DNA of 64,000 bases, taken from positions 434,001-498,000 of the forward strand of contig MU006099.1 in NCBI GenBank assembly GCA_010093705.1. The letters run 5' to 3'. The position numbers and the translations under genes are program-made. Numbering within the stretch: position 1 is the first letter of the stretch; the number at the start of each line of letters is the position of its first letter. The stretch is from Patellaria atrata CBS 101060 (lineage: Eukaryota). Below are positions 14,732 to 27,670 of the stretch, one piece after another. The notes under the pieces are model-generated. The model worked only from the letters and a program-made list of their open reading frames with translations, ran no database searches and was not told the origin of the DNA.

Positions 14732-14945
14732 CGTCTCACCATAATTTAGGTTTCCTTCCATCACAATTTAGATTTCGTCTCACCACAATTTAGATTTACC
14801 ACCGTTAAATACCTCATCCTCAAATAGCTCCATATGATCCTCAACAACACAATTAGGGTTATCTCCCATATGACTTTTAAATACCTCCATACGATCTTCA
14901 AATACCTTCTAATATATCTTAATTCTTCCATAAAATCTTCAAAAT
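14732..14945. repeat. AT-rich degenerate ~20-22 bp tandem repeats
   Basis: cgtctcaccataatttaggtttc / cttccatcacaatttagatttc / gtctcaccacaatttagattt, then several aatacctccatacgatcttca-like units. Confidence 0.55.
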
Positions 14946-15066
14946 ATAATACAACGGAAAGAAGTTACAGTGCTAAGGGTAATTAATCTTGAAAATAACC
15001 ACTATCGTTGCTCTTTGTGTAATCCGGTTCACTCCTTGGGGAATTTCGTTCATTGCTTGCGCAGTA

Positions 15067-15253
15067 CCGGTGACGGCTTGAGCATATCCGTTGACGGCTT
15101 AAGCACTTCCGTTGGCGGCCTAAGCCTTTCCGTTGATGATTGAGTCCTTCCGTGGACGGCTTGAGTCTTCCGATTAGCGGCTTGAGACTTCCAGTTGATG
15201 GCTCGGGTCTTCCAGTCGATTACTCGAATTTTCCAGTTGAAGATTCAACTCCA
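15067..15253. repeat. Nine-copy 20-21 bp minisatellite (ccgttgacggcttgagnnntt), reading as a heptad repeat on the minus strand
   Basis: Units ccggtgacggcttgagcatat, ccgttgacggcttaagcactt, ccgttggcggcctaagccttt through ccagttgaagattcaactcca; minus-strand reading LENSSNR-LEDPSHQ-LEVSSR*. Confidence 0.85.
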
Positions 15254-15800
15254 CCTGAGTTTGGATGTAGTTCCAATCAGGCCGTTGATCCTCTAGAGTA
15301 TTTGCCTCGAGGTCAACCTTCATGGAACTCTATCTGTCAATAAGCTTACGCTCGGGTTGTTCGTTCGCGAAACGGTGACTACGAGAGTTCGAGATGGCGA
15401 CTGACTTGATTGACTTCGCTTCCCATTTATCAGATGGTTCGTGGGCAGCTTCGTCGGTTTCATCTCGTTTGCGCTTCAATGATGCCTAATGAACTTCTTC
15501 TTGCCATTATTTGACTCGATTCTTATCAAGACTGTCGACGAGCACTTGGACTACACTTTCTCTATAATTTGTGTCCGGTTGAGCGCTGATAAAGCCCACG
15601 TCTTTCATCTCGATGAAAGGTATATACAACTCCCTAGCACCAGAGATTTGCGTTCTTAAATCTCTCCTCAGCCTAGATAAGAGTTCAGGCTATCTCTCTG
15701 TCCCTCTTAGGGCAGAAAAGTTCAAACTCTCCCCGTGTCGCTGTGGTTTCGATTCCAGCCGCTATATAGTTTGATTGTATTTCGAAAGTTCGGCTCCGCT
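15067..15800 (-). pseudogene. Disrupted paralog of the coiled-coil orphan at 37072-38499, with RIP-like stops and a frameshift
   Basis: Minus-strand translation SDKWEAKSIKSVAISNSRSH..ERKLIDR*SSMK..QRPDWNYIQ matches SDSWEAKSVAISDAISAH..ERRCIDRWMAVK..QMPDWEYLK. In another frame TRGEFELFCPKRDREIA*TLI*AEE matches SREDFDIFFLQRNMEITRLLVKAEK. Confidence 0.8.
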
Positions 15801-18374
15801 TCTAAGTGCTCCTAGAACAACCCATTCTCAACAACCTCTGGGTCTGCTCTTCGTCTCGAAACCCTGGAACTAGCATCTCCACGATAGTATGGCCCACTTG
15901 GATCAAGTGATATGGGCGTGACTTCCAGTACTTTAAACCCTGTATCAAGCGTACTAAGCAACGGTTAACCTTTTGAATGCTCGGACCTAACATGTGGAGC
16001 CCCATTCAAGTACTGTTCCTTGGTTGTTCCACTTCCGGATATCCTTCACTATATATTTCGAGGGAAGTAATTTGGGCTATTCCTGGTAGAGTATCTAGCT
16101 AAATATATACTACGGACCTAACGAACTTCTCTCCTTCCTCCACTCCCCTTATTTTGTGTGCGTGCTACACTCTTCCGTCTTGTCTACTACGTGCCTGCGA
16201 ATCTACTATATTGAGTGGCTGTAGGATATCCTCTTGAGGTCCGTACTAGCAGGTCGCATTCAAGGCGTAGCCGTATGGTGCTCTGGTATCTGTAAATGTG
16301 ATATAAACGTGTGTGACGTATCTATATATAACGAGCTCTCAAGACGCTAGGGGACGCAAGCAGTGCAATCCAGAGGTATCATTGAGGAGTATCATCAGTA
16401 TTATTATAATCAAGGGAGGAAGGCTATTGATCTTTAGTATTATTTATCGTTTCGTACGAGCCGTAGTTGTGTTACCTTCTGAAATGTTTTTTTCATCATC
16501 ACAACCACGACACAACGCAAGCGCTGCGTCTCTGCGTCAGCTCTGAGGGGTCCAGGACACGCTCCAGATACTGGAACATCTGTAGCCTTCAGGTTCCTAG
16601 ACATCACCGCGAAGAGGTACAGAGGCCGGTTTCGATGCCTTCTTTGAAGTATTCACTTAATCGCCTCTTAGGTTACGAGTGGTTGTACAGTACCGTGCAG
16701 CCACGCTCCAGTTGGATACTATCGGCACATCTTGAGAATTTATATAAAATATCTATCTTTAAGGGTGTGGCTTCGACAATAAGAGGTACTGCTTGGTAGT
16801 TAAATCGGTTCTTAAAACTGATTGTTCAAGCAACGTTTGCCCTCTACGTGTGTTTGTCTGACGTCCCACTTCTTTTTTTCAAGGGACGGTTGTTAAACAA
16901 TACATATTTATTATCTGTTGTTGCTAACTATATTTACAGAAAGGTCAGTCTAGTTAGTACTGTACAAAAGTACAGAATAGAAGGTCTGCCTCGTCCGCCC
17001 GGCCATCAGAAGCCCCTTTAAATCTCGCACCTCATCATGTCAAAGGTCGAATAAGTCTCACTATGAGCATCAATCCAGAAGTGAAAACCGTCATATTTTC
17101 TATTAATTGATATTTCAAGGTTCTTTCAGGTTTGTTCTAGAGCGAGCCCTCGCACTCTTTCATCTCAGGAAATACAATCCCTCATATTCCTGTCCCCTCA
17201 TTCTGTGGTCGAGCATTTCTATTGGGTCCGTCGCAGCATTCAGGGGCAAACAACGCAATCAACACGTAGAAGCATAGTCTAACCAATATCTTTGCTCGCA
17301 GGAGCAAAGGTTCGGTTATTTCCTTCAACACGTCTGCAGAATTCTCCCTTAGTTCTAATGGGTAGCTCATATAATTTGTCCAAATGTCTGTATAAACACG
17401 TTCCACCGCAACTTCGGCACACGTCAGTTTGATCACTCAAAAAATCGAACTCTGAGTATGGGCATGATAGAAATCAGGTAAATCCTTTGTATCTTCCTGG
17501 GCGTCAACCTTCATGTGGATCAATCATCTCTTGAAGATTTCTGTTTCCCCTCTCAAATAGATACTATAGTACTCCCGCAACATCCCTCACAACTATTGCG
17601 TCTATACCCTTTAAGCACGAGCTCAAAATAGAAGCGTAAAACAGAAATAAAAACAAAAACGAAGACCAGTCAATCTTTTTTTCTCCCTTTTTTTTTTTAA
17701 AGAAAAAGTGGGGCTTGAAATTGAACGGAAGAAAGAATGGATGGTAAAAATGAAACAAAACGAAACAAAACACCTCACGCGCAGAAGGCCTGAAGGGCTA
17801 CGTCTACTGTCTATATCAGACCTAGCGTCGAGGCCACGGTATCGGGCTGGGGGAGGATACGCAATTACTGGACTATTGCACGAGTTCAGACAGGGTAGTT
17901 TGTGGAGTCTGGTGGTTGAGTTTGGCTGTGTATGTGGGCGATGTGAAGTACGGGGGGTAAGGGAAGGTGTGAGCGGGATTGATTTGATCTTTTCTGATTC
18001 TGACATACAGTTGGGTTTTTTTGCTGGGGTTGATTTGTACTGCACCTCCCATTTTCTTAGACCTTCCCCTTCACGTTCACATGGACATCGCCTTCTTCTC
18101 CACGCCCATTTCCATGCGGGGATGCGAGTTTAAGCTGTTGGTAGGTACGGTACAGTACAAAACGTACTATCATCAAACATAAAGGCAACAACCAAATGAC
18201 CGGGAATAATGTCCGTATTATCTCTTCTCTAATGATTGATATATAGATCCATCTACCCCATACACACCCCATACACACCCCCTATCTTCCCCTTCCCCCC
18301 ATCACCACTCCACGCTACTCACCACATCCCTAACGTCTATTTCGAATTCTAATCCCCCTTATGGAGAGGCTCCT

Positions 18375-19873
18375 CTAACTCTTCCTCGGCCCGCGCCCCC
18401 CAAAACCCCACCGAATCTGACTCGGTAAATTAACCTCGACCCCCAACTCCTCCGCCCAGCTCCACACCAAAAACGGATTCTTCAAAAACGCCCTCCCGAC
18501 AACCACAACATCCAACCCCGTACCCTCACTCTCCCGCTCATCCTCTCCGCCCACTTCCCCCCCGACCCCCTTCCCCTCCGCCACACCCCCGGTCCCCGTC
18601 AGTATAGCCTCGGCCTGCGCGCCCGACGTGATGGCCCCGACGGACGCGACGAACATGGTCTTCTCCGAGGGGGAGGAGGCCAGAGCTTTCGCGATGGTGC
18701 GCGCGGGCGGGACTTGGTACCCCGGGCGCGAGTGGACGTGCGCGAGGGGGTGATTACCCCCGGACGAGCAATCCAGCACATCGACGCCCAGGTCCCTGAC
18801 ACGCTGCGCGAGCTCAACGCTCTGAGCGACAGTCCAGCTGTCATTCTTCAGTTCCGACTCCTCGAGCCAGTCCGTGCTGCTGATGCGGAGGAAGAGAGGA
18901 TACGTGTCCGGGACCGAGGACCTCGTTTCCTGAATCAGCTCGCAGAGGAGACGAACGCGGTTGTCGAAACTTCCGCCGTATTGGTCTTGCCGCTTGTTGG
19001 TGGCCGGCGAGAGGAAGGAGTGGAGTAGGTAGCCGTGCGCGGCGTGGATCTCTATGACGTCGAACCCGATATCCAGCGCTCGTTTCACGGCGTCATTGAA
19101 CGCGGTTTTGAACTCGCTTATCTCGTCCGCGCTCATCGCCCGCGGTTGAGCGTGTTTGTCGTTATACGGGACCGCGGAGGGCGCGACGACGTCGTCGGGC
19201 CAGCCGTTTAGCTCTACCCCCGCGACGTCGCCGGAACTGAGCCAGGGCGCGACGGTACTGGCTTTGCGCCCGGCGTGGCCGAGCTGGATGCCGATGTTTT
19301 GGTTTTGGCTGTGCGCGAATTCGACGATGCGTTTGAGGGGCGCCTTTTGGCTGTCTTTCCAGAGGCCGGAGTCTTCAGGGGTGATGCGGCCGCGGGCTTG
19401 GACTGCGGTCGCTTCGACCATCGTGAGGCCGGGTCCGCGCTGGAGGATGCCGCCGAGGTGGGCGAAGTGCCAGGAGGTGTGGTGGCCGTCTTCGGCGGAG
19501 TATTGGCAGAGCGGGGAGAGCTGGGTGAGGGTTAGTTATCTGGATGGGGAGGTATGGATATATATAGGGGTGGGACGGTGAAAGGGGAATGTACCATGAT
19601 GCGGTTTTGCATCGTCATGCCTCTGATCTTGAGCGGCTGGAAGAGTTTGGGGATCTGTTTGTCGTCTTTTCCGGGCTCGAATGCTTTGCCGGCGGGCATC
19701 TCTTGATAGGGGGTAAAGAATGAGACCTAATGCAAGCGATTAGCGGTTTCTTTGAGGATGGTCTTGGTATGTTCTGTACATACTCCTGGAGCGGCTCTAT
19801 TGATGAGCTGATTGTCCGGTTGGGTATCACATTCAAGTGCGTGGTGAGGATGTTCATCTTTTTGGGGAGCCAT
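18375..19873 (-). CDS. NADH:flavin oxidoreductase / Old Yellow Enzyme family (YqjM-like), two introns near the 5' end
   Basis: Spliced N-terminus MAPQKDEH..NRAAPG|VSFFTP..PKLFQPLKIRGMTMQNRIM|LSPLCQYSAEDGH; IQLGHAGRKAS, EIHAAHGYLLHSFLSP, NKRQDQYGGSFDNR and VGRAFL motifs. Confidence 0.95.
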
Positions 19874-20944
19874 TGTGATGCTATGGTGTTGGTATTGCGG
19901 TTGATAATTTCTGATATGATAATTCAGGGATCAAGTAGCGAGAGACTCGCTCGACTTTACAATTGTAGAGAGACCTTATACAACTAAGGTAACCTAAGAG
20001 CGGTAGAGAAAAGGTTTTCAATGAAACGATACCATCAACGGGGATACGTGGCAGTTTATATAGCAGCTCCCTGGAGCTCAATGCTCGGAGCACATTTACT
20101 GAAGGTGTTATCTAGACGTCATGACTGTCGGCTCCTCTCTAAGGTAACCTGGAAGGGTTCAAGATGACAGATCCGTAAAACCTATCTGCAGGCAAAATAC
20201 CTACTCAGACCTGTCAAGTCGTCAAACTAGAAGTACAACGCAGTACCGTAGTCCCATCCGCAAACAAATTCTTCTCCGCCATCCCCATCCGCATATATCT
20301 CGGCATAGTCTCCACGGCCATCATTCCCATTACGGTATATGCCGGTTATCAAACATCAAATGAGGCTGCTGGCATGTTTAGTCACCCCATCTGACTGCTG
20401 ACAAAACGCATCGAACGAGCTGTCAATTGTCATAGTGCGCCATCGCAGTAAGTCAATCCGCTTATTACACCTTCTGGATAACGGTTTGATTTCCTGCATC
20501 TTGATTACAATGCAGAAGTTATCGTATATCCAGAACTTCCAACCCCACCATGCTATATCGCCCCTCAGAATTACCCCACCATGACCCCTTCTCGTTGACC
20601 TGGTCCTTGTTGTAAGTAACTCTCTTTTGAATTCAATTGTCACATCGCACCATGGGACTGAGTTGAACCTGAACTTTTAAACGTCTTCAATTGACCGACC
20701 TATCTTAGAAAGCGAATGTAACGGCATAAAAAGGCCGCCAAATGGGTATCCCGGGTACTCCCACAATAGATCCCTAGAATGAATATCAGAAGCCCTAAAT
20801 CCCCAAGTCCTTTCAAACATAATAGCTCCTCAGAAGAGTGATTCCTCAAGCCATGCCGATGCTACAGCATCAACCCTAAATCGTAGTCATAATCCGTAGC
20901 AAAAGGTCCTGCCCGCATTATCGCCGTCTTACTATCCCATGTAT

Positions 20945-23020
20945 CTACCAATCCCGTTCTTGCGGTCGCGCACTCTCCGATCTATGCCCGCCGTTTGGAT
21001 ATGCCATGTCCTGTGGAGGAGGTGCCGTGAAGCTCCTCTGCGGCATGGTAACAGCCTCCATTGGATGCCCTGGCAGTGGCGCCGAGACGTCTCTTCTCTG
21101 CCCTGCGGTCACTGGGTTGAAAGCAACATAACCTCCATTCTGAGGGCCCGGCGTATAGTTACGCTGCGGTTGTTGCACCGGTGTCGCGCTCCTGAATGGA
21201 TCGTAGTCGTCGGTGCTTTGGTTGGCGTTGTATGATTGAGAGAGCGGGGATGGGTCGACCGGGCTCATCTTGTATGCAGGGCCGGGAGTTCGCGCTTGAG
21301 ATCGGTAGTCGAATGACGAGGGAGGACTTGTGCTTAGTGGAGAAATACCGGGAGTTTGACCACGGGATAGATTACTAAAGCCGGTGTTGGACCTTGAAGG
21401 AGGACCGTATGGACCAGACATCCCACTCGGTGCGGGAGACCCTCGTCCCTGAGTGCTGAGAGGTGTAGGTCCCCTCTGTGGGAAGTATCCATTATTGAGT
21501 CGTGGTCCTGATGGACCCATAGAGCCCATTGACGGCGCTGGTGAGTTGCGACCAGGTACTGTAGTTCCTGGTCGTGACATTGGAGAATACGGACGTTGTG
21601 GGCCAATGCTGCTGTTGCTAGTCATTGCTCGCGCCATTGGAGCGGGAGCAAAGCTGTCATTGCTATCCGATGAAGGAAGAACAGGGGCTGGGGATGCAGT
21701 GCGATTAGGGTTGCCGTAACCCATATTTCCAGCTTGTGAAAGTAGTGGAGCATTGGAGCCATAGGTCATTGTTGTAGACTGTGTGAGAGACCTGGTAGGC
21801 GGCATCGGTCTAACGTCTGATCCAATGGAGGAATTCGTATCTTGGCGCTGATGCGAACTGCTTGTACCTGGTCTTGAAGCATACGGTGGAAGGGTTGCGA
21901 AGGAATCTTGCCTCGAGAGGGAAAATTGGGAATTGCCATCATCCTCCATAAAAGCAGGAAGTGTTGGTTTCCGGTTGAGCTCGGTAGGCTGTTTACCCCT
22001 CTTAATCGCCCTCTGTTCGTCTCTCACACGTTTGGCTTCCTCTTTATCTAGTGCCTTCCTCATCTTTTTACTAACAATCCTCTCAACTCGAGAGTCGATC
22101 TTTCGTCGGCAGTAAGCTGAGAGTCGACCATCTGAGCTAGGGATGTAATGCCAGAGGAAGAGGATATAAAGAATGCAGGCAATTATAAGACATAATGCCA
22201 ATATAACCCAGATGACGAGAGTGAACAACATGGATGACAAAATCACCGCTTGGGTCTTATTTTCATTATATAGGACTTCAACGTTGAACCAGAACTGGTC
22301 AAATGAATTTCGTCCTTTGTCAGGTTCGGCATGTTCACCCTTTGGCATGAGCTGAGCTTGCATTACAGACCATAATGTCACAGCATTAATGACCATTCTA
22401 GGACCTTCTGCGAAGATGATTCGAAGGGCACCTGTGGATGTTAGTTATTTAGTACAGCTAAATTGAAACGCAATAGTCTTACCCTGAAACTGGAAGTAAA
22501 CAAAAAGAGCAATGTAGTCGACACCCGATTTACTCTTGGTAAGTTCCGTGAAAACGAGAAATCGTCTCCAACCCTGACCTTTTCCCATTCTGATACTCTG
22601 TAGGATGACGGCCAGTTCGTTCAGATAGCTCTCAGCAATACCTCCTCTCTTGATAATTCGAATTGCTCGAAACCAATCGTAACCAGCAAGGATGAAGGAA
22701 AGAATGATGCATCCAGAGAAGATCCACTTAGAAATCTCGAACTTGATGGCCGGATCGACCTGACTTGACCAACGATCAAATGCGAGAAGGTTGATCGCAG
22801 TAAAGGTGTCTGCACCGTAGACCGCAAGTGTTACGATGACGATTCCCCATAACCAGATGTATGAAAAGACTGTAAGGCAGGAAGAGCTTCTAAAATCCGA
22901 AAGGTTCTATTACCATATTAGAAATACGTCTCATTGCGTCAATTGCGAACAGCGTACAATGTAATCCCATTTCGCCTCGTGAGCGACTGCACCCTTTTCT
23001 CTATCTCCAAAGCAACCCAT
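20945..23020 (-). CDS. KCH1: Kch1/Prm6-family potassium transporter / pheromone-regulated membrane protein with a Pro/Ser-rich C-terminal tail; two introns
   Basis: MGCFGDREKG..KWDYI|NLSDF..ADTFTAINLLAFDRWS..KWIFSGCI..GWRRFLVFTELTKS..ALFVYFQF|..FAEGPRMVINAVTLWSV, typical of the fungal KCH family; multiple transmembrane segments. Confidence 0.85.
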
Positions 23021-24581
23021 TATATTTGACAATTACGAATGTAAGGGTATAAAGATCGTGGGGGACCAGCCCAGCTGGCTCGTTTCGACGGAATTTCGGG
23101 GGCCGTTTCCAGGTGAGGGTAAGGAAGTATTCTACGGTATCCGTCTACTGGCAAGAGTCTTCGTCTTTACTGCCAGCAGTGATGAATACCGCCAGCGGTT
23201 GTGAAGGAGTGTGGAGAAAGAAATGGGTATCCTCGAAAGGTAAGGAACGTGAGTTGGAACGCGAAAAGGAGCGTATTGCGGTCCGGACACACAAAGACCC
23301 TACCACGGAATGCACATATCGGGAAAGTCGTTTGCAAGACGTTTTCGACCGCAGGGAGGATGTTGCACAGAGCGTATAACGCGATCAAGACAGTGGAGGT
23401 TCTATTCTTGCCGTCTCCTGTTTCGCAATCGGTGTGTTGGCCCTTGGAGGTCTCGTGCCAGTTCTACCAGTCGAACAATAGACGTCCTGTCGAATCACTG
23501 GTCGCTCGAGCGCGCAGACAATAACAGAGTAAATGAGCGACAATAGCAGATAAAGCTATCAACAAAACAAAAGTAAATTGACCCTCTACACTTGTGTAGA
23601 GGTTTGACTTGTAGAAAGAAAGACAAGAGATTAGGAGGTAGACGGGAATCCAACAAGTGAACTTGAATGGGGAAGGCCTTGCAGTCTTGGGGCTACGGAA
23701 GGAGGGGAACAAGGAAAGAGCGATGGGCGGCACTAGGCGCCTCCGTAGGCGTTGATCAAACAACACAAAATGGCCAATTAGCGCTCAATCGTACCTAGAT
23801 GAGTTCAAAGCACGGACATCCAATTTAGCGGGCATTATCAGACTAGCCGGTTAATTTTCGAGCCGTTCAATGCAGCCACTTAAAGCCACGATCTACCGTT
23901 GTCTCAAGTTCTTTCAAACCCTTAAAAACTCCGCGCTTCCGTTGATGCTGTACGCTTTCTGCAACAGGCGAACAGCGACTGTACCCTATCAGATCATTTT
24001 TGTAACAGTTCTCGAAGGCGAAGACGCGGGTGCGACTGATCATGTAACGTGCCCTACCAGATAACTTTACCCTCACACCATTTGTTGCGAACAAAAAAAC
24101 TTCATCATGCTGTTATAACTAATAAACATGCCTAGTAAAGAACCTGAACCATCTTCGTGATTGGGTGATTGTTTGTTGTCCTTTGACGGTATCTGCTATT
24201 CTCATACATGATCAATATCAGACGGAAAGTAGCTCTTACAGTTTGGTCCTACAAAACAGAGATTTCGAATGGGAGTCTTGTTCACGTACTGAGTCTAATA
24301 CCTGTTAAGAGCTAGGGAAATTATCAATAATTAAAGGGAAATAAGTGTTATAAGGGGTTTGTAGGGCTTATTCCACCTGAGCATACGCTCTCCACAGTCC
24401 TAGTCTTATATACAGCTAAGTCACAGTATCTCCCATCGCTGCTCGTACTGCAGAGCCTGCAATGAATAATGAAAGGGAACTGCTTCTCCTAAGTGCTCCG
24501 TAGTCTGGATGAGAATGAACGAGGCACTGGAGAAGAGGGCTTGTCTACCAAGAAGGACAAGGGGACTCGATGTGGAATCCT

Positions 24582-25253
24582 TCACCTTATGTCCATGATG
24601 CTCTCAGTTTTCTCTAAGGATTGCCTCGCCGACTTTTTCCTTATTCTTAAACTCCCAGACCGTCTCTCAGATCTACTGAGACCAATGCATAGCTGTGGGG
24701 AGCACATATAAGACAGCAAAATATGAAAGCAACGTACTAAAAGGGAACCATTGCTTGAGGGGTTTCCGAGCCCAAAAATGATACGCAAGATATTTGAGAA
24801 GCGACGTCTAGCCTTCGAATATGTTTCCCCTACTCTTGTTCTGAATAGGTTGGTGCAGTTGAACAGATGAAGAGAGGATGTCGAGGATAACTAACAAATT
24901 CCCATCTAATTTGGGTTGGGTTAGCGTAAGCACTCTGACTCAGCGCAAACTGAAGTCTTGCTGTCCGCGTCGACTGTACCTCTCATCCGATCTCTTTCAT
25001 CCAAATACTCACTACTTTCATTAAACACATCTCTAACTATACTAACAATAGCAGGTGAGTCTGTCACTAGCGTACTTACCGTACGGAACGATGCGAACAT
25101 GGCGATCCCTCCAGACTTGGAATGGAGAGTACACCGCAGGTGTATCACAAGCATATGAGCAACCTGGCAGCGAATCGAAATAAAGTTCATGAGCATCAGT
25201 GCATCAAGAATGAGGCTCTCACAATTAACGCGGCTGTTCAAGACGTCAGACAT
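24582..25253 (-). CDS. Possible small multi-exon orphan ORF (~165 aa)
   Basis: Three GT-AG intron-like intervals (24906-24979, 24841-24895, 24693-24737) whose removal keeps one open frame; no recognisable domain. Confidence 0.25.
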
Positions 25254-25364
25254 GGTCCAAAATCGTTGCACTATTCAACACATGAATCAACGTGGAATAA
25301 GCAGTTTTCAATTACATTCGAACAATCATCTAGCGTATAGATTCATAACAGACACAGATATAGC

Positions 25365-26886
25365 TCAATATGTGCAGTGGCCGCAGTAACCGCATTCTTC
25401 GACCGAGCATGCTGTGAAGTCCTTCTCGAATTCATCGTCCTCTTCCCACTCGCGCTCATCATCATCCTCCCGCTCGCGCTCGGTTCCGGCGTTGAAATCA
25501 TCAAGGTATCTTTCGTACTCAAACTTATCGTTACCGGCAATTTCAAGGACATCACGAACGTCGATCCATCGAGCTCTAACGGAAGGAGAGAGTACATCAT
25601 TGGATGTTCCCCCTTGCTCTCTCAACTCCAATAAGCCTCCTTCTCCTTTCACGATTTCCAATTTCCCGTCTTTTCGTTCGCGCACCGCTGCAATGATTTT
25701 TTTTAGAAGCTCCTTGAGGCGTCTTAAGTGTATCTGATTGTCTTCCTCCCATTGCTCTATCTTGTCACGGACATCGATCTTCTGGATGTCGTTGAAAACA
25801 CCATGAGCATGATAAGCAAGCAAGAAGTTTTGGATCTGTCTAATCCAGAGACGAGGAAGCTCAGGTGAGATGTTATCGTCATTTGCTCTGCGTATAGAAC
25901 GAGTCTTGAGATCGAAAACTGCAGAGTGAGGGATTTGGTGTCCTCCAGCCCTGACTTGAAGAGCATTGCTTTGACTGCTAGACGCCGAATTCTCCGTACG
26001 GGTATTCAATGAGGACTGAAATAGATCTTCGAGCGGAACGTCAGTTCCTGGACTGGACCCTGGCGCACTTGTTGAAAGGTTTTTGGCGTCGGAAACCATA
26101 TCCTTGTAATATCCATCACCTTCAAGCCTTACGATACAACTCAATCCTGAGAAATCATATTGGACAATGCGTTGATGAGAGTCCGATCCTTTGACATCTG
26201 GATCCCACGTTGTGTAAGCTTCAGGAAATGAGTGTCCAAATCCAACAACACCCTGTATCAACTCTTTCGGCGAGTTCTCTCTACGTATGAAGAAAACTGT
26301 GTTTCCTACAGCTTCTACAAGGATTCGGAAAGATTTTTCGGATGTTCCGCTCGCAAAACGAAGGAGATTACCCAGGGTGCTACCGCATGCGAACACGTCT
26401 ACTGAGGCAATGGGAAATTTTGGCTCTGATATAAGGATAGCTTCGACCGCCGGTTCCATTGGGTGTTTGGGATAGCGAGCTGCATTCAGGTCACGGAAAT
26501 AATTCCCAGAGTCTTGCATCAACTTTCTTGACCATCGCAAAGGGGTCCAAAGTGGTGGTTTTCCTAGCAATCCATTAGCATTGTTATCACTCGCGCTAAA
26601 ATAGTCGTATATCTAGGATCGGGAACAACACACCGGGGACGATTATCGAAGCATCGTCTTCATTCATCCAATTGAACGACGCAATATCTCTTGTGCCGGT
26701 GATTTTAGCGTCCTTCGAGAGTTCGTCCGACGTGCCATCTAGGTCAATAGTCCGCAGTGAGCTTATCAATGTACCTAGTGGAGGAGCAGGTGTAGTATTG
26801 ATGTTGGTATTCATATTTGAAGAAACTCTAGAAGAGCGGAACCAAGACTTTTTGTTCGGTCTAAACGCATTGTTGCAGTTGTACAT
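25365..26886 (-). CDS. DXO/Rai1-like PD-(D/E)xK-fold putative nuclease with acidic tail and C-terminal CxxxxCGYCGHC motif. Exons 26634-26886 and 25365-26563
   Basis: Intron 26564-26633 joins SFNW..IIVPG|KPPLW in frame. Ordered motifs VDVFACGSTLGNLL, FGHSFPEAYT, IVRLEGDGY, VFDLKTRS and LPRLWIRQIQNFLLAYH parallel DXO/Rai1 (DxxTWRG..L, GYKFE, GEVDC, ELKT, W.QSFL.G...VVAGFR). The gene model is solid; the fold is inferred. Confidence 0.8.
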
Positions 26887-27670
26887 GGTGAGGATTCCTA
26901 AGCTGATAACTTCTGATCAGTAGGTTATGTCAATTGTATTGAAACCTAGATTTTGCAGGCTCTTAAAGCTATCACCGGTGGCCGATCGATCATCTCACTA
27001 GCAAATGACTGGACAAAATCAACTCCTGTAAGTTTGCGGCTGCCAGCAGAGTTTCTTGGATTGTTCAATGCAGCTGTCTCCAAGGGACATGAATGCAAAC
27101 ATTACTGTCCAATGCGGATTGTTCATTGCCTTTCTCCGAAACCTCGCGCGTACTCCCACGTCTCTCCAGCAATCTACTTCTCTAAACAATAACTGTGGCA
27201 TGGGAAGTTGCAGCCTAACGATGATGAGGTTGTTGTACTACGCCACTATCCGCATCAATTGATTGGATTACAGCTCACCCTCAAAAGCGCACCCTCAACT
27301 CTACAGAATCATTCAGAAAACTCTCACACAATATCATAGATATCATTGCGGCACGGCACATTAAACCACTGAAGCGGCGTTATCGGTGTATAGCTGCCTA
27401 GTATCCTGTGAAACCTTGTCATCCACGACAAGGCTGCGTAAGAGAACTACCTTGTCCTTTATACGGTTAAGTACTCGTTAAGAGTCCCAAACCAAACAAC
27501 AAGACCATAAGCTTTCAAAAATTACCTGCTACTGCTGAGAAAATCACACGCAAACTTCTTCTCGTTCACTGGAAAGACCGTCGTTCGCACCTGCTTCCAG
27601 ATTTCCACGACACATCCCGCACAACACACTTCGAGCAGACCACGTATATCAGTCTAAACAACCAAACACG
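26887..27670. promoter_or_regulatory. Divergent (likely bidirectional) promoter between the DXO-like and helicase-AAA genes
   Basis: Head-to-head starts separated by 784 bp with no credible ORF between. Confidence 0.55.

Noticed and set aside
15067..15253. CRISPR-like repeat array
   Set aside because: Units are contiguous and degenerate with no unique spacers; the DNA is eukaryotic and has no cas genes
25365..26886. Geranylgeranyl pyrophosphate synthase label
   Set aside because: No paired helical DDxxD prenyltransferase motifs; the motifs fit a PD-(D/E)xK/DXO fold better
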